DNA from: Mongoliibacter ruber
GTDB taxonomy: Bacteria > Bacteroidota > Bacteroidia > Cytophagales > Cyclobacteriaceae
Assembly: GCF_003003005.1 (NCBI RefSeq)
Contig: NZ_PVTR01000001.1
Span: forward strand, 267,108 to 331,107
Direction of reading: 5' to 3'
DNA: 64,000 nucleotides
The notes under the pieces are model-generated. The model did no database searches. It saw only the letters and a program-made list of their open reading frames with translations, and was not told the DNA's origin. Shown one piece after another: positions 1 to 9,900 of the stretch. A program made the translations under genes and the position numbers. Numbering within the stretch: position 1 is the stretch's first letter; each line of letters begins with the position of its first letter.

Positions 1-199
1 AATCCAGATCTATACAATGAAATATTTTCTTCATTGATTCATTTTTAATGAGTCGCTTTGCCATTTCCAAGGCGTAAACTCCATTGGCGAAGTATTTGGA
101 TTGGAAGTATTCAGGTTGCTTTTTCAATTTGGCCAAACTGGTATGTGTAATTACTTCCGTTGCCGTTTCTGGATATATATTTATTTTTAGATTTTCCAT
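1..199 (-). CDS. hypothetical protein, 5' part only (ORF runs off window start)
   Basis: ATG at 197-199 on minus strand, reading frame open to position 1 (>=66 codons: MENLKINIYPETATEV...); not in ORF track because truncated. Confidence 0.3.
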   Translation of the reverse strand, partial: MENLKINIYPETATEVITHTSLAKLKKQPEYFQSKYFANGVYALEMAKRLIKNESMKKIFHCIDLD

Positions 200-245
200 T
201 TTGTTATGAGTTTGAGTAAAAAAAAAGAAGGCTTGCGCCTCGTCT

Positions 246-935
246 CTAAATCAATCCTTCATCAGCGAAACTGAAGTAGGCTATGTCTGTGAATATCACA
301 TGATCCAATACAGGCACTTCCAGAAACTTGCCTACTTCCTTCAACCTGGTGGTAAGCCTTCTATCCTGTTCTGATGGCTTGAGATTGCCTGATGGATGGT
401 TATGCACAAGTATGATACTGCTGGCAAGGTGATCAAGGGCGTGTTTGAAAATCAGTTTAGGATCAGCCACCGTTCCTGATGTGCCCCCACTGCTGATCTT
501 AATATGTCTCATGATTTCATTATTCCTCTTCATTAAAAGGATGTAAAAATGCTCTACTACTTCATCTTGTAAGAAGGGTTTGAAATAGTGAAAGACGGAT
601 GCTGATGAATGTACTATTACCTTTTTTACAGGCGGTTCCATTTTCCTTCTGCGACCAAGTTCTAAGGCTGATATTATTGCAGAAGCTTTTGCTATGCCCA
701 TTCCTTCGTATTTCAGAAGATTGCTTGCGCCCATTCGTGCCAGTTCTGATATCTGGTAATTACAATCTGCAAAAATCCTTTGGGCAAGTGGTACTTCTAT
801 CTGCGCGATAATCGACAAAAGTTCAGAGTCAGACAGTGCGCTTCTTCCTTTTTCGTAAAGTGTAGCTGTCGGTTCATTCAAGGCATTCCAGTCAATCCTT
901 TTCATAATCATTTTGCAGTCTTTACCCTCCCGCAT
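246..935 (-). CDS. radC: RadC-like JAB/MPN (JAMM) domain protein
   Basis: C-terminal HNHPSG...SEQD JAMM-type motif and overall RadC/UPF0758 layout; alternative in-frame ATG at 909-911 preceded by GGGAGGG. Confidence 0.8.
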   Translation of the reverse strand: MREGKDCKMIMKRIDWNALNEPTATLYEKGRSALSDSELLSIIAQIEVPLAQRIFADCNYQISELARMGASNLLKYEGMGIAKASAIISALELGRRRKMEPPVKKVIVHSSASVFHYFKPFLQDEVVEHFYILLMKRNNEIMRHIKISSGGTSGTVADPKLIFKHALDHLASSIILVHNHPSGNLKPSEQDRRLTTRLKEVGKFLEVPVLDHVIFTDIAYFSFADEGLI

Positions 936-939
936 CGAG

Positions 940-1060
940 CTCTAATGTGAGCCGGACTGACATGGGGAGGGGCAACTGAAAGCAAGGTGGACCGGAATAA
1001 AGCCTCTCCTATTTACTTTCTATTTATGCCGGAATACCTTGGATGATCTATGGAAAAAGT
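940..1060. promoter_or_regulatory. conserved non-coding block, copy A (homologous to 16120-16290), directly 5' of radC on minus strand
   Basis: shared cores with copy B: GAAaGCAAGGTGGAcCGGAATAAAgCCTCTCC, CTATTTATGCCGgAaTACCTTG, CCTCCCGCATcGAG; no credible ORF. Confidence 0.4.
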
Positions 1061-1210
1061 TCGGACTTGTGTTGCCCTGTACCCATAACTTTGGTGCACA
1101 TTATAGGCTCGGGTCTACTCGGCTTAGGGATAGAAGCGGTAGCCCACAGGCCGTAAGCGAAGCGAGCGGACGAGGACTACAAGCGGATAGCCCGACCTTT
1201 GGGAAGCCCC

Positions 1211-1241
1211 AAATAAAAAAGCCTTCCATAATGAAAGGCTT
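1211..1241 (-). terminator. rho-independent terminator for the 1270..1617 gene
   Basis: 7-bp stem AAGCCTT/AAGGCTT (1219-1225/1235-1241) followed on minus strand by TTTTATTT. Confidence 0.6.
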
Positions 1242-1269
1242 CTTAACTTATAAGTGAAGTGTGAATCTG

Positions 1270-1617
1270 TTACAATAAGAAGACGTTGCCGCACGAACCA
1301 GGATCATAATGTTTATCTAGCCTTGCGTTGCTTTCTAAGCTTCGTCTCAGATTGTTCAGTTCATCAGCATTTGTCGCCATTCCTCTGATAAGAGTCTCAG
1401 GAAAGAGGGCCTCGCAATACTGGTGAGCTGTGGTGTTAGATAGGTAAGCGGTGGACTTGACGGTAACATCGAAGCCAGCAATTGCCAACACATTCATGTG
1501 ATGGTCATGTGATACATCGATACTGGTCGTCTGGTCATCAAAATCCGCTGCCAGTCCCGGGCTGAAATTCACGATCATCCCGATCGCAAAAATCATCAAT
1601 AGAAGTAGTTTTTTCAT
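1270..1617 (-). CDS. hypothetical secreted protein
   Basis: ATG verified at 1615-1617; N-terminal hydrophobic signal-like segment MKKLLLLMIFAIGMIVNFSPGLAA. Confidence 0.55.
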   Translation of the reverse strand: MKKLLLLMIFAIGMIVNFSPGLAADFDDQTTSIDVSHDHHMNVLAIAGFDVTVKSTAYLSNTTAHQYCEALFPETLIRGMATNADELNNLRRSLESNARLDKHYDPGSCGNVFLL

Positions 1618-1737
1618 TGATAGAGGTTATGTGAATTATGTGAGACTCTAATTTGGCTAAGAAGTCCAAAAAGGTGTAGGACAAAAAAAAGCATCCCTAT
1701 TGGAATGCATTTTAAGAGTGATAGCCCCAGTAATTAT

Positions 1738-1974
1738 TTACTCATTCGAGTCTTTTTTATCAGTTCTCCTGCGGGTGGTCTTGGCTGGCTCTGCCTTGGC
1801 GGGTGCTTTCCTGAGGTAAGGAAATCCGATGGCCAGCAGCTGCTCTGCCTTCGCCGCATTGATTTTGCTAAGATCCACCATTCCCAGCTTAGTGCCGCAA
1901 AGCCCCGGAACGATGCCTACTACAAGGTAGGCACCGTCGAGGATAGGGGTGGTTTTTGGCTTTTTAGCTGACAT
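1738..1974 (-). CDS. hypothetical protein
   Basis: ATG at 1972-1974; co-oriented with neighbours; competing plus-strand ORF 1705..1971 judged antisense artefact. Confidence 0.4.
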   Translation of the reverse strand: MSAKKPKTTPILDGAYLVVGIVPGLCGTKLGMVDLSKINAAKAEQLLAIGFPYLRKAPAKAEPAKTTRRRTDKKDSNE

Positions 1975-1976
1975 GA

Positions 1977-2519
1977 TTAGACAGCAGGGGTGAATGGAAG
2001 CGCATCAATAAACAACGGCGGGTAGAATATTGACCTTACGGTGAACATCGTCATCTTTTCCCCGGCTACTTCGCCTGGTACTTCGATGCTGCCTTCATCT
2101 ATCTCTGCCCACAATCCCGGTGTACCCAAGATCAGGAACTGTCCTCCCATCAATGGCTTGAATCCCACTACCAAAGGTCTGTTCCTGTTGGCTCTCAACC
2201 ATCCGCAAAGGTGGCTGTTCATGGCATTCTTCATGATGGTAAGCGTATTTTCAAAGCTTTTCGCTCCTCTGGCTCCTACGAGTTGAGAAGAGAAAGCATT
2301 TTTTTCAAGAGATCCTTCAAACTTGTGGAATTGCTTTGTTGATTTCATCACAAAGGCAGAAGCGCCTAAATCAACATAATCCTTGGACGCTGTGCCGGCA
2401 CTCAGGTCGGGAAGGTCAGGAAATGTTTCAATGTCGTGATATGCAGCAATGGCCACTTCTACCTGTAAACCGGCAGATTCCTCAAGCTCAATCTCTCCTA
2501 CAAAATCGTATAAGTTCAT
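1977..2519 (-). CDS. hypothetical protein (head-morphogenesis module)
   Basis: ATG at 2517-2519, tightly packed downstream of capsid gene. Confidence 0.5.
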   Translation of the reverse strand: MNLYDFVGEIELEESAGLQVEVAIAAYHDIETFPDLPDLSAGTASKDYVDLGASAFVMKSTKQFHKFEGSLEKNAFSSQLVGARGAKSFENTLTIMKNAMNSHLCGWLRANRNRPLVVGFKPLMGGQFLILGTPGLWAEIDEGSIEVPGEVAGEKMTMFTVRSIFYPPLFIDALPFTPAV

Positions 2520-2529
2520 GGCTGTTGGA

Positions 2530-2895
2530 TTAAAGTTTGACTACTATGGTGGAGTTTTTCTCTACCAGTTTTTTGCAGAGTGCCAGGTCTGCTGCGATGT
2601 CAGATGGAGACAATGCCCCATCTTTGGTGCGCATGCCTTTGGTGACCCTGTACTTTTCTTTACCGATGGTGATCACCGGACCTTTGTTTTCTTTGGAACC
2701 GCTATCCTTAAGCTGATCCTTCAATTCCTCGACATACTCTTTCGCATCAGCTACCTCATTTTTGGCTTCTTCGAGTTCTTTTGCAAGCTTCTCGTTTTCG
2801 GCTTTAAGGGCAGTATTTTCTGCGGTAAGGGTGTCGATTATTTCTTCTGGAGAAGGAGCGGCAGTTGGTGCCGCTCCTGTTTTTTTATTGCTCAT
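2530..2895 (-). CDS. hypothetical coiled-coil protein
   Basis: ATG at 2893-2895, 2 nt after capsid gene; E/K-rich heptad region. Confidence 0.5.
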   Translation of the reverse strand: MSNKKTGAAPTAAPSPEEIIDTLTAENTALKAENEKLAKELEEAKNEVADAKEYVEELKDQLKDSGSKENKGPVITIGKEKYRVTKGMRTKDGALSPSDIAADLALCKKLVEKNSTIVVKL

Positions 2896-2896
2896 C

Positions 2897-3967
2897 TTAG
2901 GCTTGGTCGTTTACGTACAAGTTTTCAAGGTCCCTGAACTGGAAGCCGATCATGTACTTGACGATCGCTTCGTATCCGTGCAGGTTCTCTACTATTTTAC
3001 CGACTTTGTTGGCGTCAGATACCTGGTTCATACCAAGGATCATGTTGCCTTTGTGGGTCATGATGATCCTTCTGGAATCTTTCATCCAAGTCACAGGCTT
3101 GATGGTCAATCGACCTCCTGTACCTTTGAGGATAAATTCTTTTCCTTCCTCGATATCGCTTTTCGCGATTCCCTGACCGGTACCGAATAGCTTGTTGACA
3201 TTGATGGCCAAATCTTCCTGAGCACCAAAGCCCACAGTCGCTACCATGCCTTTGTTTTTGTGTACTTCTGGAATGACAGACCACATGTCCAAGAATGCAT
3301 CATAGGCAGTCGTCTGGTCGTAAGCACCACCAGATCCAGCCACCAAAAGGTTGGTAGCAGCCAGTTCAGATTCGATGATGTGGTGAGGACCGTCGCAGAT
3401 CACTTTGTTATCCACATCTTCCCACTTGACGCCGTGTGTCTCTGGAGATTCACCCGCTAGGGTTTCAGCTTTAGCTCTGTACACGATCTCGTCGAAATAT
3501 ACCAAGTCCCCAATAGCATAGGTCTCAGTGCCATCGAAAGGAGCAATCGTGCCCGGATTGAAAGACAGGTAGAAGTTGTCATTGATCTCTTGCGCGATCC
3601 TTGCAAACTCCTGTTCCCATACCCACTGGCCAAATGGAATTTCCTTCGCATTTGGATCCAGCATCTCAGCCATAAAGGATTCTCTTACTTCTTCCGGGAT
3701 GATCTCGATGATCTTCATCGCACCCTGAGGAGTCAAGATCCTTTCGGACCATTTTCTACCGCCCTTGGCTGTTTTTATGTTCGTGTTCAGACGCCTTACG
3801 CCTCTGTCCACTACCATCTTTTTCAGCGTCCTGGGCGAGCGAACGTTTCTAAGGACATCGATGTCCTTGGCTACGTCCAAGCCGTTCAGCATCTGATGGA
3901 TCAATTTTTTGTCGTATATCTCGACATACTTCTTGATCGCTTCGATGTCAGTTCTTACTTGTGACAT
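2897..3967 (-). CDS. putative phage major capsid protein (HK97-like)
   Basis: 356 aa, directly downstream of ClpP-type prohead protease/scaffold gene; size and position typical of MCP; no motif-level proof. Confidence 0.5.
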   Translation of the reverse strand: MSQVRTDIEAIKKYVEIYDKKLIHQMLNGLDVAKDIDVLRNVRSPRTLKKMVVDRGVRRLNTNIKTAKGGRKWSERILTPQGAMKIIEIIPEEVRESFMAEMLDPNAKEIPFGQWVWEQEFARIAQEINDNFYLSFNPGTIAPFDGTETYAIGDLVYFDEIVYRAKAETLAGESPETHGVKWEDVDNKVICDGPHHIIESELAATNLLVAGSGGAYDQTTAYDAFLDMWSVIPEVHKNKGMVATVGFGAQEDLAINVNKLFGTGQGIAKSDIEEGKEFILKGTGGRLTIKPVTWMKDSRRIIMTHKGNMILGMNQVSDANKVGKIVENLHGYEAIVKYMIGFQFRDLENLYVNDQA

Positions 3968-4016
3968 GTTGGTGGTTGTTAGTTGGTTTAGTTTTCAAAT
4001 GGATGTAGGGAATGGC

Positions 4017-5246
4017 TTATTGGCCTATTCCCATTTCTGCTCTTTGTCTTTTGATTTCCACATCTGTCTCAGAAGTGAAATTGACAGCGCCTTCTTCTCC
4101 ATCGATCTTGTCAGGATCATCGGATTTTGCGTTGACTGGCTTCACGCCGCTCTTGCGATAGGCTTCGACAGTTACCTTGAGGTTTTTGACCTCAGTGTCC
4201 AGCTTTCCTTTTTCGGTAGAGAGCGTCTCTTTTTCCTCAGTCAATGAAGAGACAAGTGTCTCGGCGTTGGCTTTTTCGGTAGAGAGGTTTGTGATCTCTT
4301 CGGAAAGTGTGGCAGTGGCTTCGGTAATCCTGTTCTGGACTTCCTCATCGGTGAATTTTTCACCGGCATCGTGGTACGCCTGAAGCTCGGCCTTGATGGC
4401 AGCGAGATCTTCGGCGGTCACAGTCTCCTTGGAAAGGAGAGAAAGTGAGTTTTCGAAATTCATATCTGTATTGGTGGGATTTGGTGTCGGAGTGGGTGCA
4501 GGCGGATCCTGCCCTTCCTGCTTGGCAGGGGTCAGCGTGAAAGTCTTTCTGAGGTGGTTGGTAATGCGGGTGATCAGTGACTCTTCGCTGTGCTGTTCTT
4601 TTTTGTAGAGATTCATCACCTCCCCAAAAGCCATGTTGGTAATGTTTGAAGGAGGCGCATCCTCAGACTCGTAGTCTTCTATCTCGTTTACAAATCCTGC
4701 TTCCTTGGCTTCTTCAGCAGTGAGGAAATGATCTTTGCCATCGAAATATTTGTCTTGGATGTCCTCTTTGGACTGGCCGGAGATGGAGGCGAGGCGATCA
4801 ATGATCACTCCTTCGTACTTTTCCATCATATCTGCGGTATCGCGCATCTTGTCAGCATTACCAAAGGCAATTCCGCTGGCGCGGTGGATCATCAGAAAAG
4901 CATTCTTCGCCGTGTGGATAGTCTTACCTGCGAGTAGGATATAGCCCCCAGCGGAAGCGGCCAGACCGTCATTGTAGGTATGGACATCCTTCTTGCTGTT
5001 GGCGATGACATTGAAAATCGGGAAAGCGTGGTACAGGTAACCTCCAGGGCTGTTGATGTAGATGTTGATCCTATCGAAGTCTTTTTCAAGCTTCTTGAAT
5101 TCACTGACAAACTTGTCAGCCTGGTTTTTCATCTTATAGGTGTCCAGATCAAAGTCGGGAATCGCACCGTATAGCATGATATCGACAGAGGACTTGTCTT
5201 CTGCCTTATTGAAAATCTCGTAAAAACCGGTAGTCTGCTTGCTCAT
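4017..5246 (-). CDS. ClpP-family (S14) prohead protease fused to acidic coiled-coil scaffold-like C-terminus
   Basis: N-terminal ClpP core (NSPGGY...AASAGGYILLAGK...MIHRASG) then Pro/Thr linker and E/K-rich coiled coil. Confidence 0.8.
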   Translation of the reverse strand: MSKQTTGFYEIFNKAEDKSSVDIMLYGAIPDFDLDTYKMKNQADKFVSEFKKLEKDFDRINIYINSPGGYLYHAFPIFNVIANSKKDVHTYNDGLAASAGGYILLAGKTIHTAKNAFLMIHRASGIAFGNADKMRDTADMMEKYEGVIIDRLASISGQSKEDIQDKYFDGKDHFLTAEEAKEAGFVNEIEDYESEDAPPSNITNMAFGEVMNLYKKEQHSEESLITRITNHLRKTFTLTPAKQEGQDPPAPTPTPNPTNTDMNFENSLSLLSKETVTAEDLAAIKAELQAYHDAGEKFTDEEVQNRITEATATLSEEITNLSTEKANAETLVSSLTEEKETLSTEKGKLDTEVKNLKVTVEAYRKSGVKPVNAKSDDPDKIDGEEGAVNFTSETDVEIKRQRAEMGIGQ

Positions 5247-5308
5247 CTTGCGCTTTGTTTAGCACAAGATGTGGATTGATAGGGGTCGGGTATAGGACGT
5301 TTTTTGGC

Positions 5309-5716
5309 CTAAATGAGGGGAATCTGAAGGGAAAGGGAGATAATAGTTTCGCGGTTGTCTGCATTGCCGGCACCGGAATCACGGGTGTATTGGAAGGTCA
5401 TCGGTGTATCGTCCGAACCTAAAAAGTGCCGCTCTCCGTTGGCGGTAGTGAGGTAAGCCATCACTTCTTTTCCTGCAAACTGAGAGTGGTAATCTGAATC
5501 CCTGGGAATGGTACTTCTCACAGCAAAGGAAATGACATCACCCTGATCAGTGTCGTTGGATTCTTCTCTGATATCGGATCGCTCTAATACCAGTGGGGCT
5601 TCTTTGAAAAAATCAATCAGGTCCTGTGCAGATGGAAAGCCATCCGTCAAGGTCAGCTGGGGATGGTGGGAAGCGAGTCCTATATATAAGGAGGTGATGA
5701 GGGATATTCTTTCCAT
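5309..5716 (-). CDS. hypothetical protein (signal-peptide-like N-terminus)
   Basis: ATG at 5714-5716; MERISLITSLYIGLAS hydrophobic start. Confidence 0.45.
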   Translation of the reverse strand: MERISLITSLYIGLASHHPQLTLTDGFPSAQDLIDFFKEAPLVLERSDIREESNDTDQGDVISFAVRSTIPRDSDYHSQFAGKEVMAYLTTANGERHFLGSDDTPMTFQYTRDSGAGNADNRETIISLSLQIPLI

Positions 5717-5755
5717 GAGGGAAATTTACAAAGTGTATTTTTTTACCTCTTGACA

Positions 5756-6190
5756 CTACCAAAGTGGCAATATGTTGCGCATTTGCTCTTTATTCTTGTA
5801 GCGTTGCCATTGCTTGTAAGCAGTATCAGGTTCCAGTTCTTCAAATGAAATGTCGTATTTGTCCATAAACTTTCTGATGGCTTCGGTTGCTTCCATCCCC
5901 CCTTCCACAGCTGCCTCTATGTAGAGCAGCATTTTTGTTTTGAATTCGTTTTCCATCATTCGGGAAAGAGTGTACAACTTATATATGGAGAGGTATTTAC
6001 ATACGACTGTTATTCTGACTTGACTATCTGTGGTATTTTCTATGTATTGGCGGATCTGATCGGGGTTGCGTTGTTTGTAGGGACTGCAAAAAATCATCTG
6101 GGTGATGTTGAGGTGTTTGGAATAGCCATAGTCCCGCTTGAGCATTTTTTTCACAGGCTTAGATACCGGAATTTCGTAGGCTTTCATCAT
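5756..6190 (-). CDS. hypothetical protein
   Basis: ATG at 6188-6190; 144 aa. Confidence 0.5.
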   Translation of the reverse strand: MMKAYEIPVSKPVKKMLKRDYGYSKHLNITQMIFCSPYKQRNPDQIRQYIENTTDSQVRITVVCKYLSIYKLYTLSRMMENEFKTKMLLYIEAAVEGGMEATEAIRKFMDKYDISFEELEPDTAYKQWQRYKNKEQMRNILPLW

Positions 6191-6248
6191 ACGTGAAAAA
6201 TACTTTGTATTATCATAAGAATGTAGGACAAATAAAGACCCTATTTTA

Positions 6249-6533
6249 TTAGAGATTATACGTCTTGATAAATGCTTCCCTTACCTTCTTGTCGATGGCA
6301 AAGTAATCTTTGAGCGCAGTCAGGTAATCATCCTCCGTAGCCGGGACAGCGATGGTCTCCATTATTTCGAGTGCGGTAGATTCGTGTTTGAATACATCAC
6401 ATCCCCTGGCATGTAGAAATGAACCGTCATTCTGTGCAGTCACAGAGACGAAATAGAGTAATGCTTTTCCCGAAATAGACATTTCTAATTTGTAGGTTTT
6501 GCGTTGGGAATCGCTACGGAAGTACTTTGCCAT
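6249..6533 (-). CDS. hypothetical protein
   Basis: track ORF starts at a TTG; first ATG at 6531-6533 (MAKYFRSD...) with TAcaaTTTT -7-like box just upstream. Confidence 0.5.
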   Translation of the reverse strand: MAKYFRSDSQRKTYKLEMSISGKALLYFVSVTAQNDGSFLHARGCDVFKHESTALEIMETIAVPATEDDYLTALKDYFAIDKKVREAFIKTYNL

Positions 6534-6619
6534 AAAATTGTATTTTTCCAATGAGGTCAAAAAATGGGGTAGTAAGTAATAATTACATGTAAAATAAGTG
6601 ATTTTTTCGTGAATTAAAA

Positions 6620-6880
6620 AAACGTGTTACAAATGTTACATTTGTAGTATTTCCCCCTATCCTATTGATATTCTGAAATTTAGGTATGTAACATTTTTAT
6701 CAAAAAATGTTACAAGTCTGTAGTATTTGTTGACATTGTTACATGCAATATGATTGCAGGTAACAAACATTTGTTGACAAGACTGTCATTTTGTTGACAT
6801 GTGTTGACATGGAAAACCCTTGTTTATTGGCTTTATTACCCTATTTTTAAAAAATGTAACAAATGTAACAAATGTAACGC
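6620..6880. promoter_or_regulatory. repeat-dense intergenic control region upstream of the RM gene
   Basis: TGTTACA x2 direct (6625-6640); 28-bp palindrome TGTAACATTTTTatcaAAAAATGTTACA (6687-6714); TTGTTGACA x4 (6727-6809); (AAATGTAAC)x3 tandem (6852-6878); TGTAGTATTT x2. Confidence 0.5.
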
Positions 6881-6977
6881 CTTTTTTGAGCGGTGAAATT
6901 TGGTCTAAAACCAAAGCAGACATTTAACATTTTAGTTATAGTACTTTGTAAAGATTGTAACCTTTTTACCTTAACAG

Positions 6978-9900
6978 ATGAGTTTGGAATTGAACGATTA
7001 CATTGGTAATCTGAATAGGCGTTACCGTTTGGGCAATGCCACAGAGCATACTTTTAGAGGAGACCTGCAAAACCTGATCGAAACCCTCGTTCCTGGTGTA
7101 GCTGCTACCAACGAACCAAAGCGGATCAAGTGCGGTGCTCCGGATTATGTCATCACCAAAAAAGATATTCCCATTGGATACATAGAAGCCAAGGATATTG
7201 GAGTCGATCTCAGGTCTAAGGTTTTGAAAGAACAGTTTGACCGGTATAGGGAATCTTTGGAGAACCTGATCATTACAGATTACCTCGATTTCCATTTCTA
7301 TATCAATGGCGAATTGGTGAAGACCATTGCCATAGCAGAAATAAAATCGAATGGGATATCCCCTCTTCCAGCCTTTTTTGAAGAATTTACAGATTTGATC
7401 AGGAGTTTCTGTTCATTCTCCGGACAGACCATCAGAAGTCCGAAGAAACTTGCCGAAATGATGGCGGGTAAAGCAAAGCTTCTTGCCAGGATAATAGAGA
7501 ACTCTCTGAATTCGGATGCATCTGAAGAAGTGGACAGTTCATTGAAAGATCAATACACTGCCTTTCAGCAGATATTGATCAATGATATCAAGACAAATGA
7601 ATTTGCCGATGTATATGCCCAGACGATTGCCTATGGAATGTTTGCTGCACGGCTGTATGATCAGACCTTGGATACCTTCTCCAGAAAAGAAGCTGCAGAA
7701 CTTATTCCAAAATCCAATCCTTTCCTACGGAGGCTCTTCCAATATATAGCTGGATATGATTTGGATGAAAGGATTGTATGGATAGTGGATGCATTAGCGG
7801 ATATTTTCCGTGCCACGGATGTTGCTTCTCTGCTCAAAAACTTTGGGAAGTCAACCAAACAGGAAGATCCTATCATACATTTTTATGAAACTTTCCTTGC
7901 CAACTATGACCCAAAGCTAAGAAAGGCCCGTGGAGTCTGGTACACACCAGAACCGGTGGTAGATTTTATCGTGCGGGCAGTAGATGATATTCTCAAGACT
8001 GAATTTGATCTTCCTGATGGACTGGCCGATACCAGTAAAACAAAAATTAAGGTAGCCATTCCTACTCATGACCACAGGTTTAAGGGCGGTATGCGTGAAA
8101 TAGAGCAGGAATTGCACAGGGTTCAGATACTGGATCCGGCCACTGGCACGGGTACTTTCCTCGCAAAGGTGATAGACCATATCCATCAGACGAAGTTTGC
8201 GAATCAAAAAGGAATATGGTCCCAGTATGTGGAAAATCACCTTATCCCAAGGCTTAACGGATTTGAGTTGCTCATGGCTTCTTATGCCATGGCCCATCTT
8301 AAGCTTGACCTTTTGCTGATGGAAAGCGGATATAAACCAAGCAAGAGTCAAAGATTCCGAGTATATCTGACCAATAGTTTGGAAGAACATCATAAAGACA
8401 CAGGAACTCTTTTTGCCAGCTGGCTTAGTGCAGAAGCCAACGAAGCCAATCAGATTAAGCGGGATACTCCTGTGATGTGTATCATTGGAAACCCTCCCTA
8501 TAGTGGTGAGAGTGCCAATAAAGGCGAATGGATAATGAAGCTTATGGAGGATTACAAAAAAGAGCCCGGAGGAAAGGAGAAGCTTAAAGAAAGAAACCCT
8601 AAATGGATCAATGATGATTATGTAAAGTTTTTACGCTATGGTCAGCATTTTATTGAAAAGAATGGAAGTGGCGTACTAGCCTTTATCAATCCTCATGGAT
8701 TTTTGGACAATCCAACATTTAGAGGAATGCGTTGGAATCTGCTAAAAACCTATGATAAGATTTATACTATTGATCTTCATGGGAATAGTAAAAAGAAAGA
8801 AACAGCACCTGATGGATCGATTGATCAAAATGTTTTTGATATTCAGCAAGGAGTCTCAATAAATCTCTTTATAAAAACAGGTAATAAAAAGTTAAATGAT
8901 TTAGGTAAACTATTTCATTTTGATCTATTTGGTAAACGAGAGATGAAATATGATTTTTTGAAGAAAAATTCCTTGAGATCTATTTCTTATAAAGAAATAC
9001 CAATAAATATTCCTTTGCATTTTTTTGTTGATAAAGATTTTGAATCGAAAAAACAATACGACAATGGATTTTCCATTTCAAAAATTTTCGAATCAAATAG
9101 TGTGGGTATTGTAACGGCAAGAGATCATTTTACCATTCATTCAACAAAAAATGAGTTGAAAAGTACAATAGAGCTATTTATGAGTTTAGAGGATGAAATA
9201 GCTCGTACAAAATTTAAATTGGGAAAAGACGTTAGGGATTGGCAAATTAATTTTGCAAAAAAAGATTTAGAAAAAAACTATCCTCATCAAGGGGTAATAA
9301 CCCAAATTAGCTATCGGCCATTTGATTTAAGATGGACTTTTTACACTGGGAAATCCAAAGGATTTCATTGCTATCCGAGAACAGAAGTAATGAAAAACTT
9401 CACAAAAGAAAATATTGGATTAGTATATAAATTAGGTAATAGCGAAGAAAAGTCCGCCTCAGTCATGGTTTCAAAAAACATGATTGATTTTAGAAGTTGG
9501 TCAAGACCTGGAATGCAAGGAGGAGATTACATTGCTCCGTTGTTTTTATATGACGAAATTGACGATCTTTTTACTAAAAGTAAGTTTTCAAGAGAACCCA
9601 ATCTTAACCCCAAAATCCTTAAAGAAATCGAAAAGGCATTAGGCTTGGGATTTATAGCAGAGCGACCTGAAGGAGATGGAGTTTGTTATGCAGATAGTGG
9701 TGAACTGCGAACTGAGTATAGACAATCATTTGCACCAATTGACCTTCTGGATTACATCTATGCAGTATTGCATAGCCCTGCATATAGGGAGAAGTACAAA
9801 GAGTTTTTAAAGATTGATTTTCCGAGAGTCCCCTACCCTACGGATCAGGAAAGTTTCTGGAAGTTGGTAGAGCTGGGAGGCCAGATCAGAAAACTCCATC

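Noticed and set aside
1100-1200. looked for a tRNA, tmRNA or RNase P signature in the GC-rich stretch
   Set aside because: No cloverleaf-compatible stems, no TpsiC-like GTTCRA box and no CCA or tmRNA tag region could be found by eye. Treated instead as an unclassified structured segment.
1039-1257. 72-aa plus-strand ORF across conserved block A and the GC-rich segment
   Set aside because: No promoter or RBS context. Runs through an intrinsic terminator hairpin. The region is better explained as non-coding leader or ncRNA.
2449-3460. plus-strand ORFs 2449..2937, 2762..3190, 2952..3176, 3260..3460 and minus ORF 3015..3284 within or opposite the capsid-module genes
   Set aside because: Overlap better-supported minus-strand genes in the operon. 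Compositionally odd (Ser/Phe/Val runs). No independent evidence.
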